Notes: a model not told the origin generated them from the sequence alone. Positions 45,262 to 56,200 are shown, numbered from the stretch's first letter. The stretch: DNA of 64,000 bases from a bacterium (GCA_965200245.1 CBDATS010000004.1:672001-736000), one strand, 5' to 3'. Numbers and translations: made by a program.

Positions 45262-46588
45262 TAACTGGAGTTGGTTCTATTAACAGGTCGATTGTTTTTA
45301 TATGCCTACTCGAACCTCCACTACAGAGCAAATGTTTGCGGTCAACCAGAAATTCCCTGAGTTCGATTAGCCTGTTATAGATGTCTTCCGGGATATTTAT
45401 TGTCGGCATTGACTGGCTCTCCTTATTCTTGGTGTTCCATCCATTTTTCAACTACATCTAACTGTTTATCCACAGCCGCGTCTTCTGCAAAGGTCGCTGA
45501 TATTTTGTCAACTTTGCTTAATTAGTCCCAAGCTTTTCCTTATCGCCTGTATCCACGAAAACTGGATTCGACTCGGACGAATCGTCGCCCGGCCAGCTTG
45601 TTTTCATCCAGGTATCGGGCGATTTCTCATATGTCTCTATCCGGTTGCCCGTGTCGGTGTTCCGTCATGGCGAGTTCATTCGGCTCAAACGGATCGGTCT
45701 GCATGATCCAGGTTCCGGCTTCGTTGACTGATTCGGTTCCGTACCATACGCAGCGTCATCGACATTGTTCTTATGGCAGTTATCCTGTTGACGAACCAAC
45801 CCGCAATATGTGACGTGTGAGGCTTGATGAAAGATTCGATCAGTTGAAAAACTGGTTCAGGAAAGTATCGGGAAATGAAAGGAAACACGGAATATATGAT
45901 CGAATTGTTGCGGTAGTTTGAGAAAAAAGAAGCGCTTTCCTCTCCATCGTCGGCAACCTGGCCGGCATGGTGGTGTTGGAACCTGCTGCAGGTTGCTTTC
46001 CGTTCATATTACCCGCGATTGTCTTATTGATCCATTTTCAGGGTTATCAGGAGACCGGCGCTACGCCTGCCGAACAATTCACTGTCAACCCATTTTCCAG
46101 GGCTGTGATTCACGCCCTTGTGGTTTTTCGGATCCTCTACGGACCTGTTTTCATCAGTGCATTTTGGGGACATTCCCGCAAACGTTCTTTCCGGTAAACC
46201 TGCGAATGGCTGCCTCGTGGACGATCCGGCGTATGAGCGCGGTCCGTCGAATGCCGATTCTCATCGCGCTGATGTTTTTTTCTCCCTTCGCTCCATCAGA
46301 GACGCAACGAAGGAGAATGTTCACTTGCCCCGTGTTCTCCCGCCCTGTGCCGAGTAGCGGCATCGGTTTCATCCGAGGCGCAGGCAGGGGGGTACGGGCG
46401 CAGATGTCGATAAGATGCAGGATGCCGTTTGAGTCGGCGAAAGGATGCCGAGGGCTATCGCCAATGCAGGGGATAGATAGAGCAGGGGAGCTGCCGCTTT
46501 TGGCCGCCTGCAAGTAGACCTCTTCTTGTTCGAATGGTCATGAATGGAGTGCCTCCCCTCTCCTGAAAGAAAAAAGGGACGGGAACGC

Positions 46589-46623
46589 AAAAAAGCGGGG
46601 AGCACACCGAAGCATGCTCCCCG
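46589..46623 (-). terminator. Rho-independent terminator of the lipoprotein gene
   Basis: 9-bp stem cggggagca/tgctccccg followed on the minus strand by T6. Confidence 0.7.
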
Positions 46624-46677
46624 TCCATGGGATGTCGCGCTGCCGCGGTTTTCCTCCTGCTACGGAGTATCCATCAT

Positions 46678-48783
46678 CTACTGTTTCCGCGCACCGAATG
46701 CGCCGGCGATACCGAGTTGCTTACCACCAGACAAATCATCGACTTTCTGGAATTCGCCCACCACGACGGGGGGAGGCATATACTTGCCTGTGGGCCGCAT
46801 CTCCCCATTTACATCCATCATTTTCGCCATACCCATCCCGAAGAACCGAGCTGCCTTCAAAGCACCCCCAGCCTTCGGGTCGATTGATCTACTCCCGATA
46901 GCGCCCTCCAACATCACTTCCATATCGGCATCCGGCTTCATGCTTTCTCCTGCAGGCACGCTGGGCATGAAGTCAAATCCCATCACTTTCCCGGAGACCG
47001 TCATGCCCGGCACCCCATCACTTGTCTCCATACTACCGAAATTAGCAGTCAACTCCACATCCGCCGTGAACGTTCCGGAGGTCGCCTGTTCAACCTCAGT
47101 CATAGCACCATCGGCCAACATATGCATCTTGTACGCATACACGCCCGCAGCGTTACCCTCATAGGTCGCGTCGCCCTCGATTTTATCGAAGAAAAATCGA
47201 TTGCTACTCGATCCTCCCGTCGGGTCAAGCCGGGAACCGGCGAACGTTTCGACAGAGGTATAATTTTCCACATAGCCATCTGGTTGATTCGTTCTCACCC
47301 AGAAACCGTAATAGTAGTAGTCCGTGTCCAGAACACCTACCATGTAATCGGGATCAGGGATGAAATGCCAACCTAGAAAATTGGCGCCCAGTTTTCCTGC
47401 AGCGTCGAAAGTAGCTTGACAACCAGCATCTCTCACGCACTCGAAGGTTCCCAGCACTTTGGTACCGGTGTAAGCTGTACTGTAGGTGTCATCAAATGTT
47501 CCGGGGACCGTATCGCCTTTAGCGAAATCGGCTCGTCTCGCATCTCCCCCAGTGGATAGGTCGGGGCTGAATCCTCCGATACGGGCGGGGTTGATAGTAC
47601 TGTGGATCGCACGGGCAGTTCCGCCTTGTGCAGTGCTAAAGTCTCGGCCGGTGACCTTTTTGTACGCCGTGCTGTGCGCCGTCATCTCAGGCTCGTCAAT
47701 GTCACTATGCAACACCAGGATTTCAACAGCGCTCGAAGCTGGTATAATCACTTCATTTTTGAAAGTGAACATGTTGGGGTTCCCGGGCACCGGTTTGAAG
47801 GCTCTTGCTGCTTTCGTGGTACTCCCAGGGTTGAGAAGTCTGGTGGCGCCGAGCATCGCAGGATCGTCATCCCTGCGCGAAATGGACAACTCGTAATCGC
47901 CACTATTATTCTCCAAGAACCGGCGTTCTCTACCTTCGGGGCCATTGGTATTGGCATTCATGATGGCCGTATACTTCAAACTGGCCGCAGCCGTCACCGC
48001 ATTCATCGCCGCCGTCCTGACTTTCATGGCAGCTTCATCTGCCTTGTCCGCCTCCGCCTCCGCCATATCCGCGTTAGCTTCGGCGTCCTCCAAATCCCTG
48101 TCAGTCATAACCATGGCAGGATCCACCATGTCCGCATATTCCGCCGCCTTGGTGTTGGCCATGGTCATCGCGTCACGGTCTGCCTTCATGGCGGCATTTA
48201 CATAGCCCATATACATACGGTCCGTCTCGTCCACGGCCATCTGCGCACGATCCTTGGCTGCCATCGCATCCGTCCCGGCTTGAGTTGCACCGGCCGTCAG
48301 CATTTCGTGCGCGCCTTCCACCTCGGCGACTTTCCCGTCCTCCGGATCAGTCAAACGAGCCAGCAACGCCACCGCATCGGCCGATCTTGCTTCTGCCTGG
48401 CTCTGATACATCTGGGCCATGGCCACATCTTCGGTGTCGTCCGCCAAGTCAGCCGCTGCCCTCGCCGCCCCCGCCGCTTCCTGCGCAAGATCATTCAATT
48501 CTTCCGCTGCGCCATAGGCTTCCGGTGCGGCACCCATCTTGCCCGCCAAGGCAGCGAATGCCACAGCAGCACTAGACGCTGCCGTCTCCGCCGCCGTAGC
48601 CGCCACCCCCGCCTGCTCCTGGGCCATCGTGAGCGCAGGGTCTACCCCAGCAGGAGGAGGAGGACCGCCGCTACCGCCACCACAACCGGCCAACGTCAGC
48701 GTTCCAAGTAGCACGAAAGCTGCCACGGCACCGGTCAACCCGGAAGTTCCCTTTCTGAATACAGCGAATAAACTAAACAGCAT
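46678..48783 (-). CDS. surface lipoprotein: Ala-rich helical stalk plus TbpB-like C-terminal beta-barrel
   Basis: Lipobox LAGC, then GGGSGG; ATYEGNAAGVY, GTFTADVELTANFG, terminal AGAFGARKQ. Confidence 0.8.
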   Translation of the reverse strand: MLFSLFAVFRKGTSGLTGAVAAFVLLGTLTLAGCGGGSGGPPPPAGVDPALTMAQEQAGVAATAAETAASSAAVAFAALAGKMGAAPEAYGAAEELNDLAQEAAGAARAAADLADDTEDVAMAQMYQSQAEARSADAVALLARLTDPEDGKVAEVEGAHEMLTAGATQAGTDAMAAKDRAQMAVDETDRMYMGYVNAAMKADRDAMTMANTKAAEYADMVDPAMVMTDRDLEDAEANADMAEAEADKADEAAMKVRTAAMNAVTAAASLKYTAIMNANTNGPEGRERRFLENNSGDYELSISRRDDDPAMLGATRLLNPGSTTKAARAFKPVPGNPNMFTFKNEVIIPASSAVEILVLHSDIDEPEMTAHSTAYKKVTGRDFSTAQGGTARAIHSTINPARIGGFSPDLSTGGDARRADFAKGDTVPGTFDDTYSTAYTGTKVLGTFECVRDAGCQATFDAAGKLGANFLGWHFIPDPDYMVGVLDTDYYYYGFWVRTNQPDGYVENYTSVETFAGSRLDPTGGSSSNRFFFDKIEGDATYEGNAAGVYAYKMHMLADGAMTEVEQATSGTFTADVELTANFGSMETSDGVPGMTVSGKVMGFDFMPSVPAGESMKPDADMEVMLEGAIGSRSIDPKAGGALKAARFFGMGMAKMMDVNGEMRPTGKYMPPPVVVGEFQKVDDLSGGKQLGIAGAFGARKQ

Positions 48784-51104
48784 CGGATGATTCCTCCTCG
48801 ATAATCCGTGGGGGAGAAACCCTGTTCTGAGAGGGTCTCCAGTCAAACTCAAAATGTCTTCCCGTATTCCCTAAAATCATTCAGTCCAGATTTCAATTTC
48901 TCATTATTTCGGTCGGTTTGTCAAACCCCCTTCCCCGCCAACCTCCTTTCTCCTGAATTCCAGCCTGTTTCCTTCTCCGTGACAGGTCGGTTTCCGTATA
49001 TCTCCCGATCAATCACAATCCGCCCTGTTTGTGCGAAGAACGGAAAATACCGACCGAGAACGGGCAGCCTTCCAAGGTGATACTCTGTCTGCAGGTCAAT
49101 CTCTCTCACGCCCTACACCAGCCATCATGAGAAGCGGGCGTCGGGATTCCGCCACAATTCATCAACAAAAAGGGAAACTGCCGGGGCGGAAAAATTCTCA
49201 GGAAATATTCACACATGCAAATTAGACCCATGTCCACGGAAAAGTCAAGTGCTTTTGTGGGACGGGGGAACGATTCTGTTTTTCGCCCTTGCCGTGTCCT
49301 CCCGTCCAGGCCCCGTCCACTGATTCGCGGTTTCGCTGCAGGGCAACTTCCCCCTCCCGGTTCTTCGGAAAAGCGATCGATCCGGGCACCCCGCCGAGCC
49401 TGAAACAAGGCACGACACTGCCGATACCCGGACGTGCGATGTCCTCGCACATCATCCTGCCGGCCATGTTCCCCCTTTCCGTCGGACACGGGCGTGTTGA
49501 CAGCCACAACCCTGTCCTCGCGGGAATCTCTCCCCGGTCTGTTCCTCCTTCCCGTTTCCGGCTGGCCAGGAGGCCGTCCTTCAACTTATAAGAAACCACA
49601 CGGGACGCAGTTCGGCGGGGGCAAACCAGACCTGCCCATATTTGACTGACACGGATGCAGGAAAGATTCGTTCAGGTTCGCCGATGGCTGAATGGAACAG
49701 CTTCAATACGCCGAATCAACTGTCAATCGAGGCTGACCCTCCTATATGAGAATCAGAAGCCTGAAACCCGGATTGGGCGGCAGGTTGTGTGACCGGATCT
49801 GATTGGGCCATCACCATTGTGCCCGCATAGGGCGTGCCCCGGACATGGGGAGAAATCGACACCGCGAAAGGAAACAGGATCAGCCGGATGTACAATCATG
49901 AAACAGCCGAACTGCCGACTCCCTCTGAAACATTAACCCGAATGACCAAATCGCCGGAGTTCTTCCATCCATGGAGCATCATGCTCACTACCTGTCCATA
50001 AACGAATTTGACTATCGCCCGGACGACTCTTTTTTGCACGAAAACCCCCTGCCAGGACTAATCAACCCATTGTTCGGTGCGGCATTCAAAATGGTCGGTT
50101 CATCCGTTCCGGGATATCGTATCGTATCCCCGCATTCTGTAACCGTCATGAGAAGTTACGCAGCCCGGAAATGACATCAATAAGGCAGCGTGTCTGGACT
50201 CTTTCAATTTCACTGCGAACGGATTCATGCTCATGGTCACTCCAGTGTGCGCGTGAACAATGTGTTCCCCTGGTCTTATCTTCACTGCGATCAAGGTCTT
50301 TTCGTGGCGGATTCTGCAGGGAGATTCGGTGAGACCACCTGCCGGCCCGCTTGAACCGCGTCGTGGACCGGAGCCGACTTCGTGAGGAGGTGGTGGATTG
50401 GGATGGGCGGCATGAGCGTCGGCCGGGTCATCAGCACTGGGGAGAGCAGTGATTCGGGGAGAGATTCCCTCGCAAGGTGCGTCGGGATACGCAGGTGGAA
50501 GAGATTCACATGGATACCTTCTGGATTCGTACAGGGAGGGTCACAGGGGAGCGTCACGTGGATGAAGGGAAGGCGGAGGGCGTCGTGTGGCGCATAAACG
50601 ACGAAGGAGGATCGCACAGATACGGACGCGCGCGTGGCGATGCCGTGTACGCGGGCAAAACTCCTGTGCCCTGGCTGCGTCCGTGGACGTTTCATTCCCC
50701 GCACGCGTGTTTGCCGAAGACACACAGGAACAGAAAGAGGATTCTCTCGCGTGCTTATCCAGCAGCGGCGAGCCACCTCAAGTGGCTCGCCGCTGCCCTG
50801 GTTGCCGGATGATATACCTTGCTGAAAACTTCGGTCCGAGCAGATTTCAAAAATCCCGGACGACCTGAAAACCCTGATGTGTCGTCGTGCTGTCGGGCAA
50901 ACTGCCTGTTCGAGCGGCAATCCGGTATCTATTGCAACAGGGAATTACGGTCTTCTTGGCTGATTTCATATTCCGCAACGATACCTTCGCCAGGTTCTGT
51001 TGGAGTGAAATTAAAGCTGCAGGTAGACAGTGCCGAGTCAAGTGTACAAGCCTGAAATTACTCCTGCTTTCAGCTACGTCCGATTACAGAAACACTGGAA
51101 ATTA

Positions 51105-51323
51105 TCATCTCTTCTGCCGCAATTTGTTTCGAAAATTCTCAAGATGAACACTCTCCGAACCAGGTTTTTCTTCTTTTTCGCGAGAACTTTTCAGACTATT
51201 AAGTACAGACAAATGAGGCATCCGTTTCAACATTTGATCCATGAAACGCCGCTCATCTTGGGAAATACCGGCACTCGTTCTCTTGCCTGAATTTCGGGCT
51301 TCTGGTTTATGGATCCTCCTCAT
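51105..51323 (-). CDS. small basic hypothetical protein overlapping the Ntn hydrolase stop
   Basis: GGAG-rich RBS and overlap with 51307..52635. Confidence 0.45.
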   Translation of the reverse strand: MRRIHKPEARNSGKRTSAGISQDERRFMDQMLKRMPHLSVLNSLKSSREKEEKPGSESVHLENFRNKLRQKR

Positions 51324-52635
51324 TCTCTCTCCCCCAGTCGGTTGTATTTTGACGATACTTTTCAAAGTAGCGATGGTTTAGCTCCGCTTTGAAATAGTGC
51401 TTTCTGTTGATCCATATAAAACCATCGCCTTTGGAAATCACGGCGACATCAATTGGTTCTCCTACGGTCTCGGTTCCCAATGACAATTGTTTCTCGAAAG
51501 AACTTAAATTCACGAGTGTGGAGGCTACTTTCGCTAGCTCCTTAAGTGGCAGTGCCTTCACGACCTTTAATATACCGTCAAATCTTTTGAGACGCGACAA
51601 CTTGATCCTGTCATGAAATTCATCAGTTGCTTGTGTGCTCGCAGAGTTAACGAGATCGATTAGCTCTGCTTTTATCTCATCAGGGAGGCCTTCAATAGAT
51701 TTCAGGGCTTCCAGAGGAACTCCCCGGATAAGAGGTCCAGCTCTTTCAATTTCATCCAGGATTGGTTGATTAACTCCATATAGAAATCCATCTATAGTTT
51801 GCGTATCAGCAAAGGACTCAACGTAAGAAGGACACTCATCAGACACATTTTGCGAAACGGGTCCACTGAATTTAAGGATATTGCCATATATTCCGTGAAT
51901 AGTTATGTGTTGAACGACAGGGAAGTGCTCGCTTTGGCCAAATCCACCGATCACCAATCCAGTATATGTCTCAGGGATCGGAGAGTCTTTAAGAATAAAA
52001 AGCCGAGCAAGACGATATAGGAGTTGAATATCGTTAGAATCGATAGGCCAATCCGAGATCGTCTTCATAATTACACGATGGATTTCTCCAGACAATTTTG
52101 ATGTAAAGTCATTCACCAGTTCATCGCTGAATTCATTCGCGTCGTCGAGTGCCTCCCAGATAGCTACGCGGTTCTCAATAGCTTCGCGGATGATGGCGGC
52201 TCGCTTTTGCTCCCATGCTCCTTCTCCCGAGAGTTCTGATAACGGCACCAAATTAAGCAATTCACCCGCATCAAATATTACATTACGGCACTCAATTTCA
52301 AAATCATGACAGAAGTAATTTTCTTGAACGTTTTCTGGAAAGAGATTTTGGCTATTGCGAAGAAAACATATTAGTTCTCGGCCAAACCCTTCGAGTTCGT
52401 CGAAATTTCTGTTGCCAAGGTTTTTGCGAAACAACTTGATGATGGTCTCCCAGGGGACACCGAGGAGTGAGGCATCGTTGTAGACCATTATTCCCACTGG
52501 ATGGTATTCAGACAGCATGAAGAGTTTTGCGACGGAATCATGGTGCTTGTAGACGCCACCAGTATTGACAGTAACTACGCTGTCGGCTGCGAGTGCAATG
52601 CCCATGCGATTCATTACCACGACTTCGGATGTCAC
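51307..52635 (-). CDS. proteasome-beta/HslV-like Ntn hydrolase with large helical insertions
   Basis: After Met removal: Thr1, AAD17S, K36LF; LVIGGFG; TVGEPIDVAVISKGDG; AGGAG RBS before GTG. Confidence 0.7.
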   Translation of the reverse strand: MTSEVVVMNRMGIALAADSVVTVNTGGVYKHHDSVAKLFMLSEYHPVGIMVYNDASLLGVPWETIIKLFRKNLGNRNFDELEGFGRELICFLRNSQNLFPENVQENYFCHDFEIECRNVIFDAGELLNLVPLSELSGEGAWEQKRAAIIREAIENRVAIWEALDDANEFSDELVNDFTSKLSGEIHRVIMKTISDWPIDSNDIQLLYRLARLFILKDSPIPETYTGLVIGGFGQSEHFPVVQHITIHGIYGNILKFSGPVSQNVSDECPSYVESFADTQTIDGFLYGVNQPILDEIERAGPLIRGVPLEALKSIEGLPDEIKAELIDLVNSASTQATDEFHDRIKLSRLKRFDGILKVVKALPLKELAKVASTLVNLSSFEKQLSLGTETVGEPIDVAVISKGDGFIWINRKHYFKAELNHRYFEKYRQNTTDWGRENEEDP

Positions 52636-52777
52636 AGGATTCTCCTGAAAAATGAAGATCTATGCCCAGGCGATGACAGGCCTAAGAATCCATCCATCGG
52701 TTGGGGGGCCTTGCCAATGATGTATAAGTGGCGGTCGATGGTTGATATAGAATTAGGTTTCATAATTATACCAAACA

Positions 52778-53218
52778 TTAATCGTCTGTGTCTCTATTCT
52801 TGAGAATGCCAATACGAATAAGTCTGGCAATCAATGCATCAACTTCAGATTTGGTGGGTTCTTGCTTGGCAGAAAATGCCATTCGAACCTGCTGTGGCAG
52901 GCTGACCCGGCTAGCAACAAGAACTTCAAGTAGTTTCTTCCGTTCCTTTGGGTCGTCAGGAACAACTCGCGATGCAGACTCCGACTGTCCTTTCTCGAAG
53001 TCTAAAGACACATCCCCAGCAGGGGATGTTGAAGAAGAATCATCCATGCTTAGAAACGTGTGGATATTCGAATTAACTAGCGCGCGAATGTCTTCAATGT
53101 GCGAAAACAAGTTCGCATCCTCAGAGAGGATTTCGAAATCATCAAGTTTTAGGATTTCATTCTCAAGACCTGAAAGGAGTGCATCCAGGTGGTGTTGTTC
53201 TTTCAGTCTAGCGTTCAT
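52778..53218 (-). CDS. hypothetical protein coupled to the sigma factor (possible anti-sigma/partner)
   Basis: ATGA overlap with the sigma gene. Confidence 0.65.
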   Translation of the reverse strand: MNARLKEQHHLDALLSGLENEILKLDDFEILSEDANLFSHIEDIRALVNSNIHTFLSMDDSSSTSPAGDVSLDFEKGQSESASRVVPDDPKERKKLLEVLVASRVSLPQQVRMAFSAKQEPTKSEVDALIARLIRIGILKNRDTDD

Positions 53219-53793
53219 TGGCTCATTCTCCTGTCCGCAAATTCCCGGGCAAGTTTCCGACGAATTCGCCTTTGAGTCGTAGCATATCGCTTGGAACTCA
53301 TTTGGGCTTTTTCTTGAATTTCGTTCGGTGATTCACCGACAGCCATACCAATAATGACGTGCATCGCTTCGGGATCCCCCTGAAAAACTTCCTCGATCTT
53401 CGCAAGAGCCTCGGTAGCGAGCATCTGCCGCTCAGGATTAGTGATTGGGTCGGGAGCACTCTCAAGGATGTGATGTTCAATGTCGTCGAAACGGGGCAAC
53501 TGGGCTTCCGAGAGAACCGGGGCATTGTTTTTACGACGCCAATGCTCGCTTGCGATACTCCGCATCGTTTCTCTTAAAAATACCACCATAGAGATATCTT
53601 TAGGCCAACGCCTTGTGCCGTCGAGTAGCCTGACAACCGCGTCGTGAAAAAGGTCTTGCCAGTCTAGATCGTTGAGTCCAATAATCCGAATATGAGCAAT
53701 ACGTTCTAGCCGTCTAATATCCGCATCAGTTAGATTGCGCAATGCGTGTGCAATTTCTTTCTGTGATGCTATTTTACGGTTAGAAACTACCAT
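53215..53793 (-). CDS. sigma-70/ECF-like factor
   Basis: DLFHDAVVRLLDGTRRWP...FL..TMRSIAS..R (region 2-like); C-terminal HTH. Confidence 0.75.
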   Translation of the reverse strand: MVVSNRKIASQKEIAHALRNLTDADIRRLERIAHIRIIGLNDLDWQDLFHDAVVRLLDGTRRWPKDISMVVFLRETMRSIASEHWRRKNNAPVLSEAQLPRFDDIEHHILESAPDPITNPERQMLATEALAKIEEVFQGDPEAMHVIIGMAVGESPNEIQEKAQMSSKRYATTQRRIRRKLAREFADRRMSQ

Positions 53794-54147
53794 TCTCAGC
53801 CTCTTCGGAATTATCTCATCTTATATATGCGGAGAAGTCGCACCCTTGCGGACATCTGCACGAAAATATCCTGAATATCCTGGATGACCGTCTTTTTTCG
53901 GCACTCACTGAAACATTATAGTTCTTTTATACTGCAAGGGGTTACGGTGAGGAAAAGTTAAAGGTAATGGACTCAATGGGGCCTCTTCTCGAGCCTGTGA
54001 GATTTATAATGAGAGCGTCGACTTTTCTTACAGCACATAATCCCCTGAAACAATAGGAAAATTAAACCTCACAAGCTATGTCCGAATTCTCGATTTTCGT
54101 CAGCATAATAGATTGAACCTCAAGTGGTCGCCCAATATAAGGAGGAC

Positions 54148-54798
54148 ATGAAAGTGAATAAAACTCATGAATACAAAATCCAGATCGATAAAGATATTTT
54201 TTCTGTCGACCACCCAATCCTGACCGGACGTGAACTCCTTGAAATCGCGAAAAAGGAACCGGTCGAACAGTTTGCAATTTATCTCAAGGTCAAAGAAGGA
54301 TCACCTCAACGCATTGAGGCTAATGCAAAAGTGGATTTGCGAAATCCTGGTGTTGAACGGTTTGTGACTCTGCCACTCGACCAGACAGAAGGATTCGGTG
54401 GTCGTCAGGAGTTTACACTGCCGCAAGATGATATCGACTGGCTGTGTAATACAGGCTTAAACTACGAACTCGTTTCCGAGGAGAGCGTACTCCGGGTGGT
54501 GTTGTATGATTTTCTTGTGCCTCCCGGTTATAATCATAACGAAGTCGATGTGAACGTCCGTATCGACCCCGGCTATCCTGATACTCAGATCGACATGGTA
54601 TATGTATATCCGCCATTAGCCCGAGCAGATGGGCGACCGATGCATGCGCTCTCGCAAGATCCGTTCGACGGTAAAATCTGGCAGCGCTGGAGTCGTCATC
54701 GGACTCCAGCGAATCCCTGGCGACCTGGAATCGATAACCTCTCGACCCATTTTGGTCTTATTGAGGAATGGTTCTCTCGAGAACTAAGGAAGGCCTGA
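54148..54798 (+). CDS. multiubiquitin-type Ubl fused to prokaryotic E2 (family E)
   Basis: LTGRELL..A...VDL..PGVERF.T...QTEG, then PPGYN, PGYPDTQIDM, WQRWSRHR, WRPGIDNL.TH; AGGAGG RBS. Confidence 0.88.
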   Translation: MKVNKTHEYKIQIDKDIFSVDHPILTGRELLEIAKKEPVEQFAIYLKVKEGSPQRIEANAKVDLRNPGVERFVTLPLDQTEGFGGRQEFTLPQDDIDWLCNTGLNYELVSEESVLRVVLYDFLVPPGYNHNEVDVNVRIDPGYPDTQIDMVYVYPPLARADGRPMHALSQDPFDGKIWQRWSRHRTPANPWRPGIDNLSTHFGLIEEWFSRELRKA

Positions 54799-54802
54799 CA
54801 TT

Positions 54803-56200
54803 GTGGCAGGAGTAACGCTTACCCTAACAGCAGACCAACATGCAGAATTGAAACAACACCTCTTTCCCGATGACAGATGTGAAGCAGTAGCAATCGCACT
54901 TTGTGGACGACGGGCTGATCAACAACGGCACCGACTACTCGTTCGCAAAATTATCCCTATACCTTATGATGCCTGTTCACTAAGGCGACCTGATCGTGTG
55001 ACCTGGCCAACCAACTTACTCCCGCCACTTCTTGAAGAAGCTACCCAACTCGGACTAGCGGTCGTAAAGATTCACGGTCATCACAGTTTTTCATATTTTT
55101 CCGAGACAGACGATGAGTCCGACAGCACTCTATTTCCATCGATTTACGCGTGGACCGAAAACGGTCCCCACGCTAGTGTTATTCTTTTTGGCGATGGACG
55201 TATGATCGGACGGGAAGTGGACGAGAACGGCAAATTTCGCCCGCTTTTGTCAATCAACATTGTCGGAGACGATCTTGTTTTTTGGCATTCAAATAATCAG
55301 AGTAGTTTGGTTCCAGAATTTGGACGGCGGGTTGCCCAGACGTTTGGAGCAGATACCTATGATCGGCTACGCAAATTGCGAGTTGCAGTAATCGGCTGCT
55401 CGGGAACTGGAAGCCCTGTCATCGAGCAACTTGCACGAAACTGTGTTGGTACGCTCGTACTAGTCGATCCCAAGCGTATAAAAGAGAAAAACTTAAACCG
55501 CATTCTTAATGCCACAATGATTGATTCACAGGAACAACGTTTCAAGGTAGAGGTTGCAGCACGCGCGGTTTTAGAAATGGGGCTTGGGACGATAGTGGAA
55601 ACACATCCGAAAAGCCTTTTCGACCAAAATGCTGTATTGGCTGTAGCAAACTGTGATGTCGTTTTTGGTTGTATGGACTCTGTCGACGGTCGCCATCTTC
55701 TCAATAAACTTGCTACATTTTACCTTCTTCCGTATTTTGATCTCGGGGTAAAGATCGAGGCCGATGGTTCAGGTGGGGTAGACCAAGTGTGTGGAACAGT
55801 TCACTACTTGCAACCTGGAGGTTCAAGTCTCTTAAGTCGACATGTCTACACTTTAGAACAAGTTCGGTCCGCAGGTCTCCAAAGAACCGATATTGCAGCA
55901 TATAGCTCGCAAGTGGATGAAGGGTATATCCGAGGCGTTCAGGAGGAAAGACCAGCTGTAATTCAACTGAATGCCTTGATTGCCAGTCTAGCTGTCAACG
56001 AATTTCTTGCCCGGCTTCACCCATATCGGCTCGATTCAAATAAAGAATATGCTATACACCGCCTGAGCTTGAGCCATGGCATCTACGAGTACGAGAGTGC
56101 TGTCGAGGCATGTTCTTTGCTTAATCGGCATGTTGGACGCGGGGATGTAAAACCGCTCCTGGAATGGCCTGAACTTAGCTTTGATGGAGCAAAAGTGTGA
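54803..56200 (+). CDS. JAB/MPN peptidase fused to E1/ThiF adenylation domain
   Basis: EAVAIALCG...HGH...FSETD; VIGCSGTGS, NLNR, GCMDSVDGR. Confidence 0.9.
   Translation: MAGVTLTLTADQHAELKQHLFPDDRCEAVAIALCGRRADQQRHRLLVRKIIPIPYDACSLRRPDRVTWPTNLLPPLLEEATQLGLAVVKIHGHHSFSYFSETDDESDSTLFPSIYAWTENGPHASVILFGDGRMIGREVDENGKFRPLLSINIVGDDLVFWHSNNQSSLVPEFGRRVAQTFGADTYDRLRKLRVAVIGCSGTGSPVIEQLARNCVGTLVLVDPKRIKEKNLNRILNATMIDSQEQRFKVEVAARAVLEMGLGTIVETHPKSLFDQNAVLAVANCDVVFGCMDSVDGRHLLNKLATFYLLPYFDLGVKIEADGSGGVDQVCGTVHYLQPGGSSLLSRHVYTLEQVRSAGLQRTDIAAYSSQVDEGYIRGVQEERPAVIQLNALIASLAVNEFLARLHPYRLDSNKEYAIHRLSLSHGIYEYESAVEACSLLNRHVGRGDVKPLLEWPELSFDGAKV

Noticed and set aside
45450-46550. Several short overlapping ORFs
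   Set aside because: No recognisable motifs or consistent coding frame; probably decayed DNA
47602-48711. 369-aa Arg/His-rich ORF
   Set aside because: Antisense of the Ala-rich lipoprotein stalk
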